From Thermodesulfobacteriota bacterium (GTDB lineage: Bacteria > Desulfobacterota > Binatia > Bin18): a DNA stretch of 64,000 bases. Positions 37,031 to 46,940 of the stretch are shown here, one piece after another. The stretch is taken from NCBI GenBank assembly GCA_964291405.2, contig OZ219926.1, forward strand, positions 192,001 to 256,000, in the 5' to 3' direction. The notes below the pieces were generated by a model that saw nothing but the letters and a program-made list of their open reading frames with translations, searched no databases and was not told the origin of the DNA. Position 1 is the first letter of the stretch. The number at the start of each line of letters is the position of its first letter. The position numbers and the translations under genes were made by a program.

Positions 37031-38248
37031 CTAAGTCAGCACCTGCTCGTCCCGCAGTTTTTGCACCTCGTCGCCGGAATAGCCGAGAATATCCTGCAAC
37101 ACATAGTCCGTATGTTGCCCGCGCTGTGGGGCCGCAGTTTGGACTTCGCACGGAGAGCCGCTCATCTGCCACGGGATGCCAGCGTGAATGCGTTTGTCGA
37201 ACTCGGGATGTTCTTTTTGCACGAGATAGCCGCGTTCTTCCAGATGTGGATTAGTTGCCAGGTCTTTATTGCTCTGAGACGGGTAGGCAGCTACGCCGGC
37301 TTTCTGCAGTACCTCGGTCACCTCCCAGCGGTCGCGTTCGCTCGTCCAGGCTGTGATGAGTTCTTCGAGCGCATCCTCGTTCGCTTTCCGAGCCGCCGCA
37401 TCAGTAAAACGTTTGTCCGTAGCCAGTTCTGGCTGGCCTATGGCCTGGCACAGGGCCAGCCATTCCGCGTCGCTACCACACACAATGGTCACCCATTTCT
37501 CGGCATCGCCCTTGCACTTAAAGCAGCCGTGGGGCGCCATCCAGCGGTCCCGGTTGCCGTCGCGTTCAGGCTGAGTCTGATTCATCACATAATCCATGAT
37601 GCCTTCGGGCATCAGGACAAGCAGGGCCTCCCATAATGCCAGATCAACATGAATCCCCTTACCGGTGCGGTGGCGATAGGCCAGCGCAGCTATGGCGGCA
37701 AACGAGCCAAAGATGCCGGCGTTCGGATCACCATACGAAATACCGATCTCCGCCGGCCCAACCCCCGGATAACCGGTTAGCGACGAGATCCCCGCCAGTG
37801 GAACGGAGGCCGGTCCATAGCCCATATATTTGCGTTCCGGCCCGGTTTGTCCGTAGCCACAGATGGAAATCATGATGATATCGGGTTTGAGTTGCTTGAG
37901 CGTGTCATATCCAAAGCCCATGCGGTCAATCGCCCCGGTTGAGAAGTTCTGCACGACGATATCGCTCTTGGCAATAAGCTTTTTGACAATCTCCGTTGCC
38001 TCGGGTCGAGCCAGATCAAGCTGGAGGCTTTTCTTGCCCTGACTGTATTGGTTGAAATAGCCGGCTCGGTTCGGTCCTGGTTCGTTGTCCGCAAACGGCG
38101 GGATCAGTCGGGTGACGCACGGACGTTTTTCACTTTCAATCCGAATCACTTCCGCGCCCATATGCGCCATTTGGAGCGTGCAGTAAGGCCCCGCCCAGGC
38201 CCAGGTGAAATCGGTTACGCGAATGCCTTCTAATGGTCGTCGTGCCAT
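37031..38248 (-). CDS. Class III CoA-transferase (BbsF-like subunit)
   Basis: DFTWAWAGP, GAEVIRIE, SYGDPNAG and APQRGQHT. Confidence 0.9.
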   Translation of the reverse strand: MARRPLEGIRVTDFTWAWAGPYCTLQMAHMGAEVIRIESEKRPCVTRLIPPFADNEPGPNRAGYFNQYSQGKKSLQLDLARPEATEIVKKLIAKSDIVVQNFSTGAIDRMGFGYDTLKQLKPDIIMISICGYGQTGPERKYMGYGPASVPLAGISSLTGYPGVGPAEIGISYGDPNAGIFGSFAAIAALAYRHRTGKGIHVDLALWEALLVLMPEGIMDYVMNQTQPERDGNRDRWMAPHGCFKCKGDAEKWVTIVCGSDAEWLALCQAIGQPELATDKRFTDAAARKANEDALEELITAWTSERDRWEVTEVLQKAGVAAYPSQSNKDLATNPHLEERGYLVQKEHPEFDKRIHAGIPWQMSGSPCEVQTAAPQRGQHTDYVLQDILGYSGDEVQKLRDEQVLT

Positions 38249-38293
38249 GACGTTCTCCTTTGTCTCATTCCCAGGTCAGAGCGGTCAGCTTCC

Positions 38294-39499
38294 CTAAATA
38301 ATCCCGCCCTGCTTCAGCTCATCGATCTCGGCTTGGGAGAGCCCAATCCGAGCGTAGACCTCATTATTATGCTCGCCGAGCTGCGGCGCCGGACGACGGA
38401 TGGCGTAGCCAACGTCCTTCACTTTAAAGGGGGCGCCTGGATATTGCAGCGTGCCGGCTACCTGATGGCTGATTTCCGTAAAGAATTCCCGCGCCTTGAG
38501 GTGCTCCGAGGCCATCAGATCTGACATGGTATTCACTGGGGCCATGCAGATGCGGCGCTCTTGACCGGCTTTATACAGGTCGGCAACCGTCCACTCCGCG
38601 GCGAACTCTTGAAGAAAGGGCATCAGGGCATCATAGTTCTGGCCCCGGACGACGCGATCGGCAAAAATCTCCAGGGTTGCCCATTCAGGATTACCCATCA
38701 GCTCGACAAGGCGCTGCCACTGATCTTCTTCCACGCAAATCACAAAGAGTTTTCCGTCTTTACAGTCGACCATGCACCAGGGATAGATGGACCGCCGGCC
38801 CAGCCGTGAGGTTTCCAGGCCGCTATAAGTGTAGTGCATGAAATTCATTTCCAGGATGGCGGCAATACATTCTTGGATGGAGACATCGAGGTGCTGGCCT
38901 TCGCCCGTCAGACATTTATGATAATACGCGCCAAGCGTTGCGACACCGGCGTGCACCCCGCCCTGAAAGTCGGTCTGATGGCCAAACGCTTTGAGGGGCG
39001 GCAGTTCCGGGTAATCGGAGGCGCCCGGGCTGATAAACGCCCATCCCCCGGCGTTACTCGCCGTCAGGTCATAGCCGAGGTAGTCACTGTGCGGTCCGGT
39101 CTGACCAAAGTAAGAAATCGAGGTCATGATCAGACCCGGATTGATCTGACCCAGCTTCTCGTAATCCAGACCGACCTCGGGCATCTCGCGCGGGCTGTAA
39201 TTATGTAGCAGGATATCGGCCTGGGCGCATAAACTCTGCAAGACCGCCTGCCCTTTGGGTTCGCGCAGATTCAGCGTGACGCCTTGCTTATTGGCATTCA
39301 AGTACAGGAATAGACCGCTCTTTTCGGCATGCGGGGTATCGCCAGGAAAGGGCCCACGTTGTCGGGCGACGTCACCGCTCGGCGCTTCTACCTTCACCAC
39401 ATCCGCCCCAAAGTCGGCGAGCAGCTTGCCGGTATAGGCAGCAGAAACCATATTGCCGCACTCAACGACGTTAATCCCTGACAGGAGTTGTTCAGCCAT
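38294..39499 (-). CDS. Class III CoA-transferase (BbsE-like subunit)
   Basis: AAYTGKLLADFGADVVKVE, FLYLNANKQG, GQHLDVS and APQLGEHN. Confidence 0.9.
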   Translation of the reverse strand: MAEQLLSGINVVECGNMVSAAYTGKLLADFGADVVKVEAPSGDVARQRGPFPGDTPHAEKSGLFLYLNANKQGVTLNLREPKGQAVLQSLCAQADILLHNYSPREMPEVGLDYEKLGQINPGLIMTSISYFGQTGPHSDYLGYDLTASNAGGWAFISPGASDYPELPPLKAFGHQTDFQGGVHAGVATLGAYYHKCLTGEGQHLDVSIQECIAAILEMNFMHYTYSGLETSRLGRRSIYPWCMVDCKDGKLFVICVEEDQWQRLVELMGNPEWATLEIFADRVVRGQNYDALMPFLQEFAAEWTVADLYKAGQERRICMAPVNTMSDLMASEHLKAREFFTEISHQVAGTLQYPGAPFKVKDVGYAIRRPAPQLGEHNNEVYARIGLSQAEIDELKQGGII

Positions 39500-39530
39500 G
39501 ACAGTCCTCCTTTGTTGAGGCTTTGATTGT

Positions 39531-40748
39531 TCAAATGACGCCGCGTGCGGTCAGGGCGGCCAGTTCATCTGAGCTAAAATGTAATAAACCAGAATAGATC
39601 TCTTGGTTATGTTCTCCGATTGCCGGTCCCGACCAGCGTGCCTCGCCGGGGGTCTCGCTGAGTTTGGGGACGATGCCGGGCATTTTAAGTTCACCCAGGA
39701 CCCGGTCGTGCAAGGAAACCAGCATGTCGCGCGCCGCAAAATGCGGGTCTTGGACAATGTCGGCGATACTGTAGACCGGACCGGCGGGAATGGTTGCGCC
39801 CTCGACCAGCGGCAGCAATTCTGACAGCTCATAGGTCACCGTCCAGTCCGAGACAATAGCATCAATAGCCTCACGATTTTCAGCCCGCACGACCTGGTTC
39901 TCGAAACGGGGGTCGGTGAGTAATTCTTCGCGACTCATGAGCGTACACAGCCGCGTGAACAGCCCATCGGTGTTGGCGGCAATCACAATCCACTGCTCGT
40001 TTTTACACGGATAGAGATTCGACGGCGCAAACCCAGGCAACAAGGTCCCGGTCCGTGTCCGCTGGTAGCCGGTTTTTTCGTATTCCGTCAAGGTCGCCTC
40101 CAGCACGGCAAACACGGCTTCATATAAAGCCGTATCGATCACCTGGCCGGTTCCGCCGTTGACATCACGATTATAGAGCGCCATCAGTGTGCCCAGCGCG
40201 GCAAACATACCGGCCAGGGAATCACCAATGCTGATACCCACCCGACAGGGGGGTCGGTCCGGAAAGCCAACCAAGTGGCGCAGACCGCCAAAGGCTTCGG
40301 CCACGGCGGCAAAGCCGGGTTTTTCTCGATACGGACCGGTTTGTCCATACCCGGAGACGCGGGCAAAGACGAGACCTGGATTCAGCTCACGTAGAACCTC
40401 ATAGTCGAGGCCCCATTCTTCAAACACTCCTGGACGAAAATTTTCCACCAGGACATCGGACTGACAGACCAATCGGCGAAGCAGTTCCTGCCCTTCTGAA
40501 TCACGCAGGTTGAGAGAAATACATTTTTTATTGCGCGCAACGCTCGGCCACCACAGACTTTTGCCGTTCACCAGAGACTGGCCGACCGTGCGCATGGGGT
40601 CGCCCTTGTGGGGCGCTTCGACTTTAATGACCTCAGCCCCAAAGTCGGCCAGCAGACGGGCGCAAAACGGGCCGGCCAGCAGAACGCCACATTCAACCAC
40701 CCGAATACCGGCCAGTGGACCGCCAGGTTTGCTACCCTGTGTTCCCAT
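39531..40748 (-). CDS. Class III CoA-transferase
   Basis: LAGPFCARLLADFGAEVIKVE, RNKKCI, ENFRPG, RVSGYGQTGPY and SIGDSLAG. Confidence 0.92.
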   Translation of the reverse strand: MGTQGSKPGGPLAGIRVVECGVLLAGPFCARLLADFGAEVIKVEAPHKGDPMRTVGQSLVNGKSLWWPSVARNKKCISLNLRDSEGQELLRRLVCQSDVLVENFRPGVFEEWGLDYEVLRELNPGLVFARVSGYGQTGPYREKPGFAAVAEAFGGLRHLVGFPDRPPCRVGISIGDSLAGMFAALGTLMALYNRDVNGGTGQVIDTALYEAVFAVLEATLTEYEKTGYQRTRTGTLLPGFAPSNLYPCKNEQWIVIAANTDGLFTRLCTLMSREELLTDPRFENQVVRAENREAIDAIVSDWTVTYELSELLPLVEGATIPAGPVYSIADIVQDPHFAARDMLVSLHDRVLGELKMPGIVPKLSETPGEARWSGPAIGEHNQEIYSGLLHFSSDELAALTARGVI

Positions 40749-40888
40749 ATCGTTCCGCCTATCCGCGCGCGTACCGTTTCGCGGGCACGATAAGCCCTCT
40801 GGGTGCCATGGTCAAGATCGTTACTGCTACGACCAACTTGCACCAAGCTGTCAAAAATGGTCAGTATGCGCAGGAGTTGAACGTTCGT

Positions 40889-41362
40889 ATGGATTTCAAA
40901 GCCATCGGTGCAGTTGCCGAGATCGTAAGCGCGATTGGCGTTATCGCCTCGCTGGTCTATCTCGCCATCCAGGTACGGCAGAATACGCGCGCGGTCCGCA
41001 ACTCCACCCATCACGCCCTGACAACCACCCGACTGGACTACATTGCCCTGGTGGCCGAGAGCCCCGATCTCTCTCGGATTTTACGCGTTGGATCGGAAGA
41101 CTATGCTGTGCTGGCCAAAGACGAGCAGCACCGTTTTGATCTGATCATGTATTATTCCTTCTCCGCTGGTGAAAACTTCTTCTATCAATACACCCAGGGC
41201 GCCTTAGACCAGGAACAGTGGGAACGCTGGTGTGAGACCTTACGACAATATTTTGCCCAGCAGGGGATTCGGGAGTGGTTCGCCTCGACACCACGACGGT
41301 TTAGTGCGAGTTTTTCCGACTTTTTAGAGAACGAGTTCAAGAAAGCCGGCCAGACACAATGA
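40889..41362 (+). CDS. Hypothetical membrane-anchored protein
   Basis: AEIVSAIGVIASLVYLAIQVRQNT N-terminal TM followed by a helical domain. Its stop overlaps the next ATG (ATGA). Confidence 0.75.
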   Translation: MDFKAIGAVAEIVSAIGVIASLVYLAIQVRQNTRAVRNSTHHALTTTRLDYIALVAESPDLSRILRVGSEDYAVLAKDEQHRFDLIMYYSFSAGENFFYQYTQGALDQEQWERWCETLRQYFAQQGIREWFASTPRRFSASFSDFLENEFKKAGQTQ

Positions 41363-41979
41363 AACTCAACCAGCCTCCCTTCCCTCCTATCGACGACGAC
41401 TTGGACGCAGAAGAGCAGCGTACGGCTGAAATCCTCAAAGAACTCGCCCAGCTCAACAACCCGACCTGCTTTCGCTGCTCGCGGTCTATCTGCTTCCACG
41501 AATATGTCCTGAGCGTCGTAACCGGCTTCAAGACAACGCCGCACTGTACCGCCTGCCTCGCCAGCGGCTTAGGACGTTCACCAGCAGATTTTGTGAGAGA
41601 CGCCTACGCCTATATTCGTCGCCAGACCTGTTACCGCAGCGGCTGGCGCTGGGCGAGCCAGCAGGAAAACCAACCCATTGAACAGCCCGCCTGTATCTGG
41701 CCCGCCATTCCCTCACAACTTCAGACTCACATGGCAACACCAACAACGGACATATCAGCCGACCCCAACGACACCTGGGACGCCGGAGATATGGCCTGCG
41801 GCGAGTTGGTTTTGAAGCTCCGCCTGCGTCTCAAGTCCATGCAACCAAGCCAGGTCCTGCTCCTCATCGCCCAAGACCCCGGCGCCCCCGCGGATATTCC
41901 CGCCTGGTGCAATCTCACCGGTCACCACCTCCTTTCGGCCGAACCTCCTCGGTATAAGATACAACGAAAAAATGGCTAA
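41359..41979 (+). CDS. TusA/SirA-domain protein with Cys-rich N-terminal domain
   Basis: C-terminal WDAGDMACGELV...DPGAPADIPAWC. N-terminal CFRC...CFHE...CTAC...CY. Confidence 0.75.
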   Translation: MKLNQPPFPPIDDDLDAEEQRTAEILKELAQLNNPTCFRCSRSICFHEYVLSVVTGFKTTPHCTACLASGLGRSPADFVRDAYAYIRRQTCYRSGWRWASQQENQPIEQPACIWPAIPSQLQTHMATPTTDISADPNDTWDAGDMACGELVLKLRLRLKSMQPSQVLLLIAQDPGAPADIPAWCNLTGHHLLSAEPPRYKIQRKNG

Positions 41980-42123
41980 TCAGGGTTGGGCGGTGGCCCC
42001 GTAGGCCGGGTGGTGCTATTAACCGACTGTGGCTCGGTGTCCATGGCCTGCTCTGCCTCATAACGCAGAGCAGTCGCTCGCTGCGGGTGGCTGAACTCTA
42101 ACCTCGGTGAGCCGAAATGTGGC

Positions 42124-42612
42124 CTATCTGTACCGCCAAGCCCGTGGATCGTAAGCCTCGGCATGTCCCCACACGCCACGCCTTACCCTGCGCGCTTCGC
42201 GTTCTAGATGTTTGTACTGATCACCGTAAGCGGCGATTGCATGTCCGTTTCGGACGAGCCATTCACCGACGTCTTTACCGTTAAACAGTACGGTGCCAAT
42301 GACGCGATCGTATTTGTCGTATCCCTCGACTCTGACCTGGACGTTCTTACCGCTAATCGCTTGAATCAACGCACTCTTCACACGCATTCCTTGTTTGTAC
42401 CAGTAGCCGTGTTGGTGTTTTGCCCATTGATCCACCTCGGGCGCATCGAGACCACTGAGGCGTATGGTTTGTCCAGATACCCTTATCGTGTCACCATCGA
42501 TCACGAACGCCTTGCCGGTAATGGTGTCTCCGGGCCGTAATGTTGATAGGCCCTTGAAATAAAGGATTATTGCTACGATAGCCGCAATAACAACAATGGC
42601 GGCGTATTCCAT
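42124..42612 (-). CDS. Thermonuclease (SNase) family protein
   Basis: VIDGDT, IRLSGLDAPE, DKYDR, LVRNGHA and EARRVRRGVW, with an N-terminal TM. Confidence 0.9.
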   Translation of the reverse strand: MEYAAIVVIAAIVAIILYFKGLSTLRPGDTITGKAFVIDGDTIRVSGQTIRLSGLDAPEVDQWAKHQHGYWYKQGMRVKSALIQAISGKNVQVRVEGYDKYDRVIGTVLFNGKDVGEWLVRNGHAIAAYGDQYKHLEREARRVRRGVWGHAEAYDPRAWRYR

Positions 42613-42686
42613 GGTTCGAGTTACTCGCCTTGTGCGGAATACGAGAGACAGCTGTTAATCGCCCCAGGGCTCAGGACGGAGGGACA

Positions 42687-42719
42687 CGAAGCAGGAGGAG
42701 TCAGGCTCCTCCTGCTTCG
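42687..42719 (-). terminator. Strong hairpin downstream of the LLM gene
   Basis: CGAAGCAGGAGGAG-tcagg-CTCCTCCTGCTTCG, a perfect 14-bp stem 20 nt after the stop codon. Confidence 0.6.
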
Positions 42720-42739
42720 CTAATGTTAATAGAGAAGAT

Positions 42740-43861
42740 TTACTTGCCAACCCGGGCTTCAGCAGCGGCCACATCGACCGGCGCTTTGGCTTGCGGGGTC
42801 CACTCGTGCATCATCGGACCGACTTCTTTGGCAAAGAGACGCATGCTGTCTTCGACTTGGTCAAAGGGCTGACTCTGGAAGCTGAAGCAACCGTTGACCT
42901 CAAATTCACCAATCTGGCCACGCCGCGTTTCCAGCTTCTCGATGATCATGTCTGGCGTGCCCCACAGATTGGCTGCCAGAAAGTCTTCCAGAATAGCCTC
43001 GTTGCCGGCTTCCTTCATCATCTTGGCCGCTTCGGCATAGTGGGCATAGGATTTGCCTGTCTGCGCGAAGTGGTCGCCCAGCATCTCGTAGTGCTCCATC
43101 ACGCTGAAGTAGTAGCCCACGATTTTTTCCCGCGCGATCTCTTCGGCCTTCTTGGCGTCGTGCGAGCAGACAACGAAGTCGGCGCAGTTCACCGGAGGGG
43201 CCTCTTCGCCGTTATTATACTGACGATATAGTTCACGGTAGTTGTGGATGCCGTCGGCAACTTTATCCCACGTCGTCTGAGAGAACATCATGGCACCCAG
43301 ACCGAGGCTGGCCGCGACCTCAAAAGACTCGGGCGACATGCACACCATATAGCGGCGATCTTTGAAGCTCTTGATCGGCCGGGGGCGCACCTCGATGCGA
43401 TGCTGCTTGTAGTACTTGGTGTCCGCTTCAACAAAGCCGTCTTCCAAGCCCTTCACGATAATTTCCGCGGCCTCGTTAAAACGGTCGCGTGCTTCACCCA
43501 TATCCACGCCAAAACCGGCATACTCACGACGAGCAAGGCCACGTCCAAGTCCGAGAACCGCCCGTCCGTCCGACAGGTGGTCGAGCAGGACCATCTTTTC
43601 CACTGCCCGCATAGGGTTGTTCCACGGCACGATAATAGCGCCAGTGGCCAATTCCAGTTTTTCCGTCCTGGCGGCGATATAGCTCAGATACTGCATGTTA
43701 TCCGGGCAAATAGAGTAGTCAAAAAAGTGATGCTCCACCGGCCACACGATATCGAACCCCATCTCCTCGGATTCAATCGCGAGGCGGGTTTCGTTTTTGT
43801 ACATCACCCGATCATCGTGCTCCTTATGGTTTTGAAGCACCATCTGAATACCAATGCGCAT
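42740..43861 (-). CDS. LLM-class flavin-dependent oxidoreductase
   Basis: WPVEHHF, LLDHLSDGR, LGLGRG and LWGTPD. AAAGGAG RBS before the ATG at 43861. Confidence 0.9.
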   Translation of the reverse strand: MRIGIQMVLQNHKEHDDRVMYKNETRLAIESEEMGFDIVWPVEHHFFDYSICPDNMQYLSYIAARTEKLELATGAIIVPWNNPMRAVEKMVLLDHLSDGRAVLGLGRGLARREYAGFGVDMGEARDRFNEAAEIIVKGLEDGFVEADTKYYKQHRIEVRPRPIKSFKDRRYMVCMSPESFEVAASLGLGAMMFSQTTWDKVADGIHNYRELYRQYNNGEEAPPVNCADFVVCSHDAKKAEEIAREKIVGYYFSVMEHYEMLGDHFAQTGKSYAHYAEAAKMMKEAGNEAILEDFLAANLWGTPDMIIEKLETRRGQIGEFEVNGCFSFQSQPFDQVEDSMRLFAKEVGPMMHEWTPQAKAPVDVAAAEARVGK

Positions 43862-44127
43862 ACTGACTCCTTTCTGGTCTGACCTCCGCGCATTGCATCC
43901 ATGCGGTTTGCACTCCGCTGGCTGTCGCTCTTCGTGCGCGAAGCCGTAAAGTTTTGATGACACTATCGAAATATCTGCCGGGCGACAAGACACGCCCTCA
44001 GATAAAGTTGTCACAGTGGACCTGCTCTTCCAATAGCTGATCGGCAGGACACCAGAAGTTTTGACTACAGGTTGTGCGCTAGAGTACTTCATGATGAGTA
44101 TTGAGCGCTCAAGGAAAGGAAGCCTCC

Positions 44128-45069
44128 ATGCCAGCGGTTAAAAAAAGAAAGCGGGCTGTTCAATCGCAAGACCTCGTCGGCGGAAAGCCGCCAACGGATT
44201 ACTCCATCTGGACCTTGGCCTATTGCCAGGCGGACATGCCGTATGATTTCTTCGGCGGTTCAGGATTGATGAGCAACCAGGGAACGATCCAGATTCCCAT
44301 GCTCTACACCGTTCTCGTCGGCGGGGCGCAAGGTCAGAAAAAACACGTAGTGCTGGTTGATGCCGGATTCGGCAACCAGGACTGGCTGTCGCGCTATCGC
44401 TTCTTTGGGTGGGAAGACCCCTCAACCGTACTGGCAAAAATCGGACTCACCCCGGCAGATGTGGATACCATTCTGGTAACGCATCTGCACTTTGATCATA
44501 TTGGCAATTTCTCGGCCTTTCCAAACGCGCACCTGTATATTCAACTGGACGAGTACATGGGCTGGCTGCGCACCCTGTCTTTGCCAAAAGACTTTGGTGG
44601 GGGAGAGAGAAGCTGGATTCTGTCCTCGCTTGACCCGCAGGATATTCATAATGTAGCGATAGCGATCAGTCAGGACAGGGCTACGTTGATTGAGGGAGAT
44701 GTCGAGGTCTTGCCCGGCATTACTGCGCACTTGGCCAAGGATTCCCATACCTTTGGCACGCAGTGGTTTGAAGTCCAAACCCGCAATGGTCTTTTTGCTA
44801 TCGCTGGTGATGCGGTGTATTGGTATTCAAATATCGAGAAGATGTGGCCGCCCGGCTATAATCAAGGCAATCCGTTTAACCAGCTCTTTACCTATGAGCG
44901 CATTCGCAAAACCTTGAGCCGCGAACTCGAACGCCTCATTCCCGGTCATGATCCCCTCGTCTGGCGGCATCACCGGACATGGACGACTGGTCCGAATGAA
45001 GTCGCCGAGGTGAACTTGGCCAGGGGCCAGCGGTCTCAAAAGCGTCTGAAGAAGAGTAGGAAAGCATAG
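44128..45069 (+). CDS. N-acyl homoserine lactonase-like metallo-beta-lactamase-fold hydrolase
   Basis: LVDAG, THLHFDHIG (HxHxDH), HT, AGDA and IPGHD. Confidence 0.85.
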   Translation: MPAVKKRKRAVQSQDLVGGKPPTDYSIWTLAYCQADMPYDFFGGSGLMSNQGTIQIPMLYTVLVGGAQGQKKHVVLVDAGFGNQDWLSRYRFFGWEDPSTVLAKIGLTPADVDTILVTHLHFDHIGNFSAFPNAHLYIQLDEYMGWLRTLSLPKDFGGGERSWILSSLDPQDIHNVAIAISQDRATLIEGDVEVLPGITAHLAKDSHTFGTQWFEVQTRNGLFAIAGDAVYWYSNIEKMWPPGYNQGNPFNQLFTYERIRKTLSRELERLIPGHDPLVWRHHRTWTTGPNEVAEVNLARGQRSQKRLKKSRKA

Positions 45070-45130
45070 GTGCGACGGACCAGGGGCCCCGGGGAACTGG
45101 ACGAGGACGGGTAAAAAGGGTTCAGACCAA

Positions 45131-46861
45131 TCAGGCTGGCTCTTCGACACCGGCGTCATATTCTTCGGAAGAAGGTGGCTCGTCTTGGGTGACGCGCATC
45201 ACTTCCGACACCGTGGTAATGCCGGCGCGGACTTTGCGCCAGCCATCATCCCGGAGCGTGCGCATGCCATTCCCGACTGCGAACTCCTTCAGCACATCGG
45301 CTGATGAACGCTTCAAAATGAGCTGACGTAAGCCTTCGTCAACGAGCATGAGTTCGAAAATTCCCTTTCGGCCCCGGTAGCCGGTCATGGCACATTCTTC
45401 GCACTCCCCGGTCTCATACGAGAGCACGGGCTCAGGCGCATGACCATTCACTGGAAGCTCTAAGTGAGGGAGAGATTCCTGCCCACCGACCGGACGGCGA
45501 CACGCCGGACAAAGCTGTCTCACCAACCGCTGGGCCATTACACCAAGCAGGGATGAAGCCAGTAAATAATCTTCCACCCCCATTTCCAGGAGACGCGATA
45601 TCGCGCCAGCAGCGTCATTGGTATGCAAGGTCGAGAAGACCAGGTGGCCGGTCAAGGCGGACTGGATTGCGATTTCAGCCGTCTCATAATCGCGAATCTC
45701 ACCAATCATGATCACATCCGGGTCCTGACGAACAATGGAGCGCAGCCCGGCGGAAAAAGTCAGCCCGATTTGTGACTTGACATGAATCTGGTTGACGCCG
45801 TTGAGCTGGTATTCAACCGGATCTTCAATCGTAATAATTTTTTTCTCAGGCGAGTTGATTTTGTCCAGGGCACCATACAAGGTCGTTGTTTTGCCACTCC
45901 CGGTAGGGCCGGTGACCAGAATCATCCCGTGAGGTTGGAAAATGAGGTTTTCGAATGCGGACAAGGTATCTTCGGGAAAACCCAGCGACTCAAGGCTGAC
46001 GTCAATACTCGAGCGGTCGAGGATACGCAGCACAACGCTCTCGCCATACAGGGTCGGCAGGGTTGAAACACGCAGGTCTACCTCACGCCCCAACATCCGC
46101 AGCTTGATGCGCCCATCTTGCGGCAGGCGGCGTTCCGCAATATTGAGCTTGGCCATAAGCTTGACTCGCGAGATCAGAGCGGCTTGCAGTTTCCGGGGCG
46201 GCGCTTCGACATCGTGCAGAATACCGTCAATGCGGTAGCGCACACGGAGTTCCTTTTCAAACGGCTCGATATGAATATCCGACGCACGCTGCTCCATGGC
46301 CCGGGCGATAAGCATATTCACGAGTCGAATGACAGGGGCTTCACTCGCGAGGTCTCGCAGATGGGCTTCATCTTCTTGATCATCTTCCAGGTACTCGACC
46401 GTGCCGACCTCCTGACCGTCGGACGGACCGTCCGCTACCCCGTCGGCATAATAGGCATTCAAGGTCTCAAGAATATCGCGCTCACGCGCCAGGCGGGGTG
46501 CAAGACGCAGCTTCGTTGCCTTCTCCAGGGCCTCAATAACGTAGAAATCGCCAGGGTCAGCCATGGCAATAATCAGTCCGTCATCTTGGACCGCCAGGGG
46601 ACAGACCCGCGCTTGGCGAAGAAAATCGATCTTCATCTCGGACAAGGGGGGCGGCTGCTGCGGAAAGTCCCGCGCACTCATGAGGGGGGCATGATAGTAT
46701 TCAGCCAGGACCGGGAGAAGGTCATCTTCAGACATGAAGCCGAGCTCGACCAGTAAACGCTCAAGTGTTTCTCCGCGCTCTTGCTGCACGAGTTGAAGGC
46801 GGCGCAGATCATCCTGAGAGACTTTGCCACTCTCAAGCAACATGTCTTCGAGCCTTGGCAC
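45131..46861 (-). CDS. gspE: Type II secretion ATPase GspE/PulE
   Basis: ASDIHIEP, RRLPQDG, GPTGSGKTT, TIEDPVE, RQDPD, TGHLVFSTLH and CxxC...CxxC. Confidence 0.92.
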   Translation of the reverse strand: MPRLEDMLLESGKVSQDDLRRLQLVQQERGETLERLLVELGFMSEDDLLPVLAEYYHAPLMSARDFPQQPPPLSEMKIDFLRQARVCPLAVQDDGLIIAMADPGDFYVIEALEKATKLRLAPRLARERDILETLNAYYADGVADGPSDGQEVGTVEYLEDDQEDEAHLRDLASEAPVIRLVNMLIARAMEQRASDIHIEPFEKELRVRYRIDGILHDVEAPPRKLQAALISRVKLMAKLNIAERRLPQDGRIKLRMLGREVDLRVSTLPTLYGESVVLRILDRSSIDVSLESLGFPEDTLSAFENLIFQPHGMILVTGPTGSGKTTTLYGALDKINSPEKKIITIEDPVEYQLNGVNQIHVKSQIGLTFSAGLRSIVRQDPDVIMIGEIRDYETAEIAIQSALTGHLVFSTLHTNDAAGAISRLLEMGVEDYLLASSLLGVMAQRLVRQLCPACRRPVGGQESLPHLELPVNGHAPEPVLSYETGECEECAMTGYRGRKGIFELMLVDEGLRQLILKRSSADVLKEFAVGNGMRTLRDDGWRKVRAGITTVSEVMRVTQDEPPSSEEYDAGVEEPA

Positions 46862-46940
46862 TCTGACTTCTCCAGATGGACGAAAAAACAAATGCGCCCT
46901 ACAAAATCCGTGGAAAGACTGGGCGTATTTACTTTTTATA

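Noticed and set aside
42124-42612. Thermonuclease as part of a defence system or mobile element
   Set aside because: It is a single common gene with no integrase, transposase or defence partners nearby.
44128-45069. Quorum-quenching function for the lactonase-like gene
   Set aside because: The HxHxDH fold is shared by many hydrolases, and there is no luxI/luxR context.
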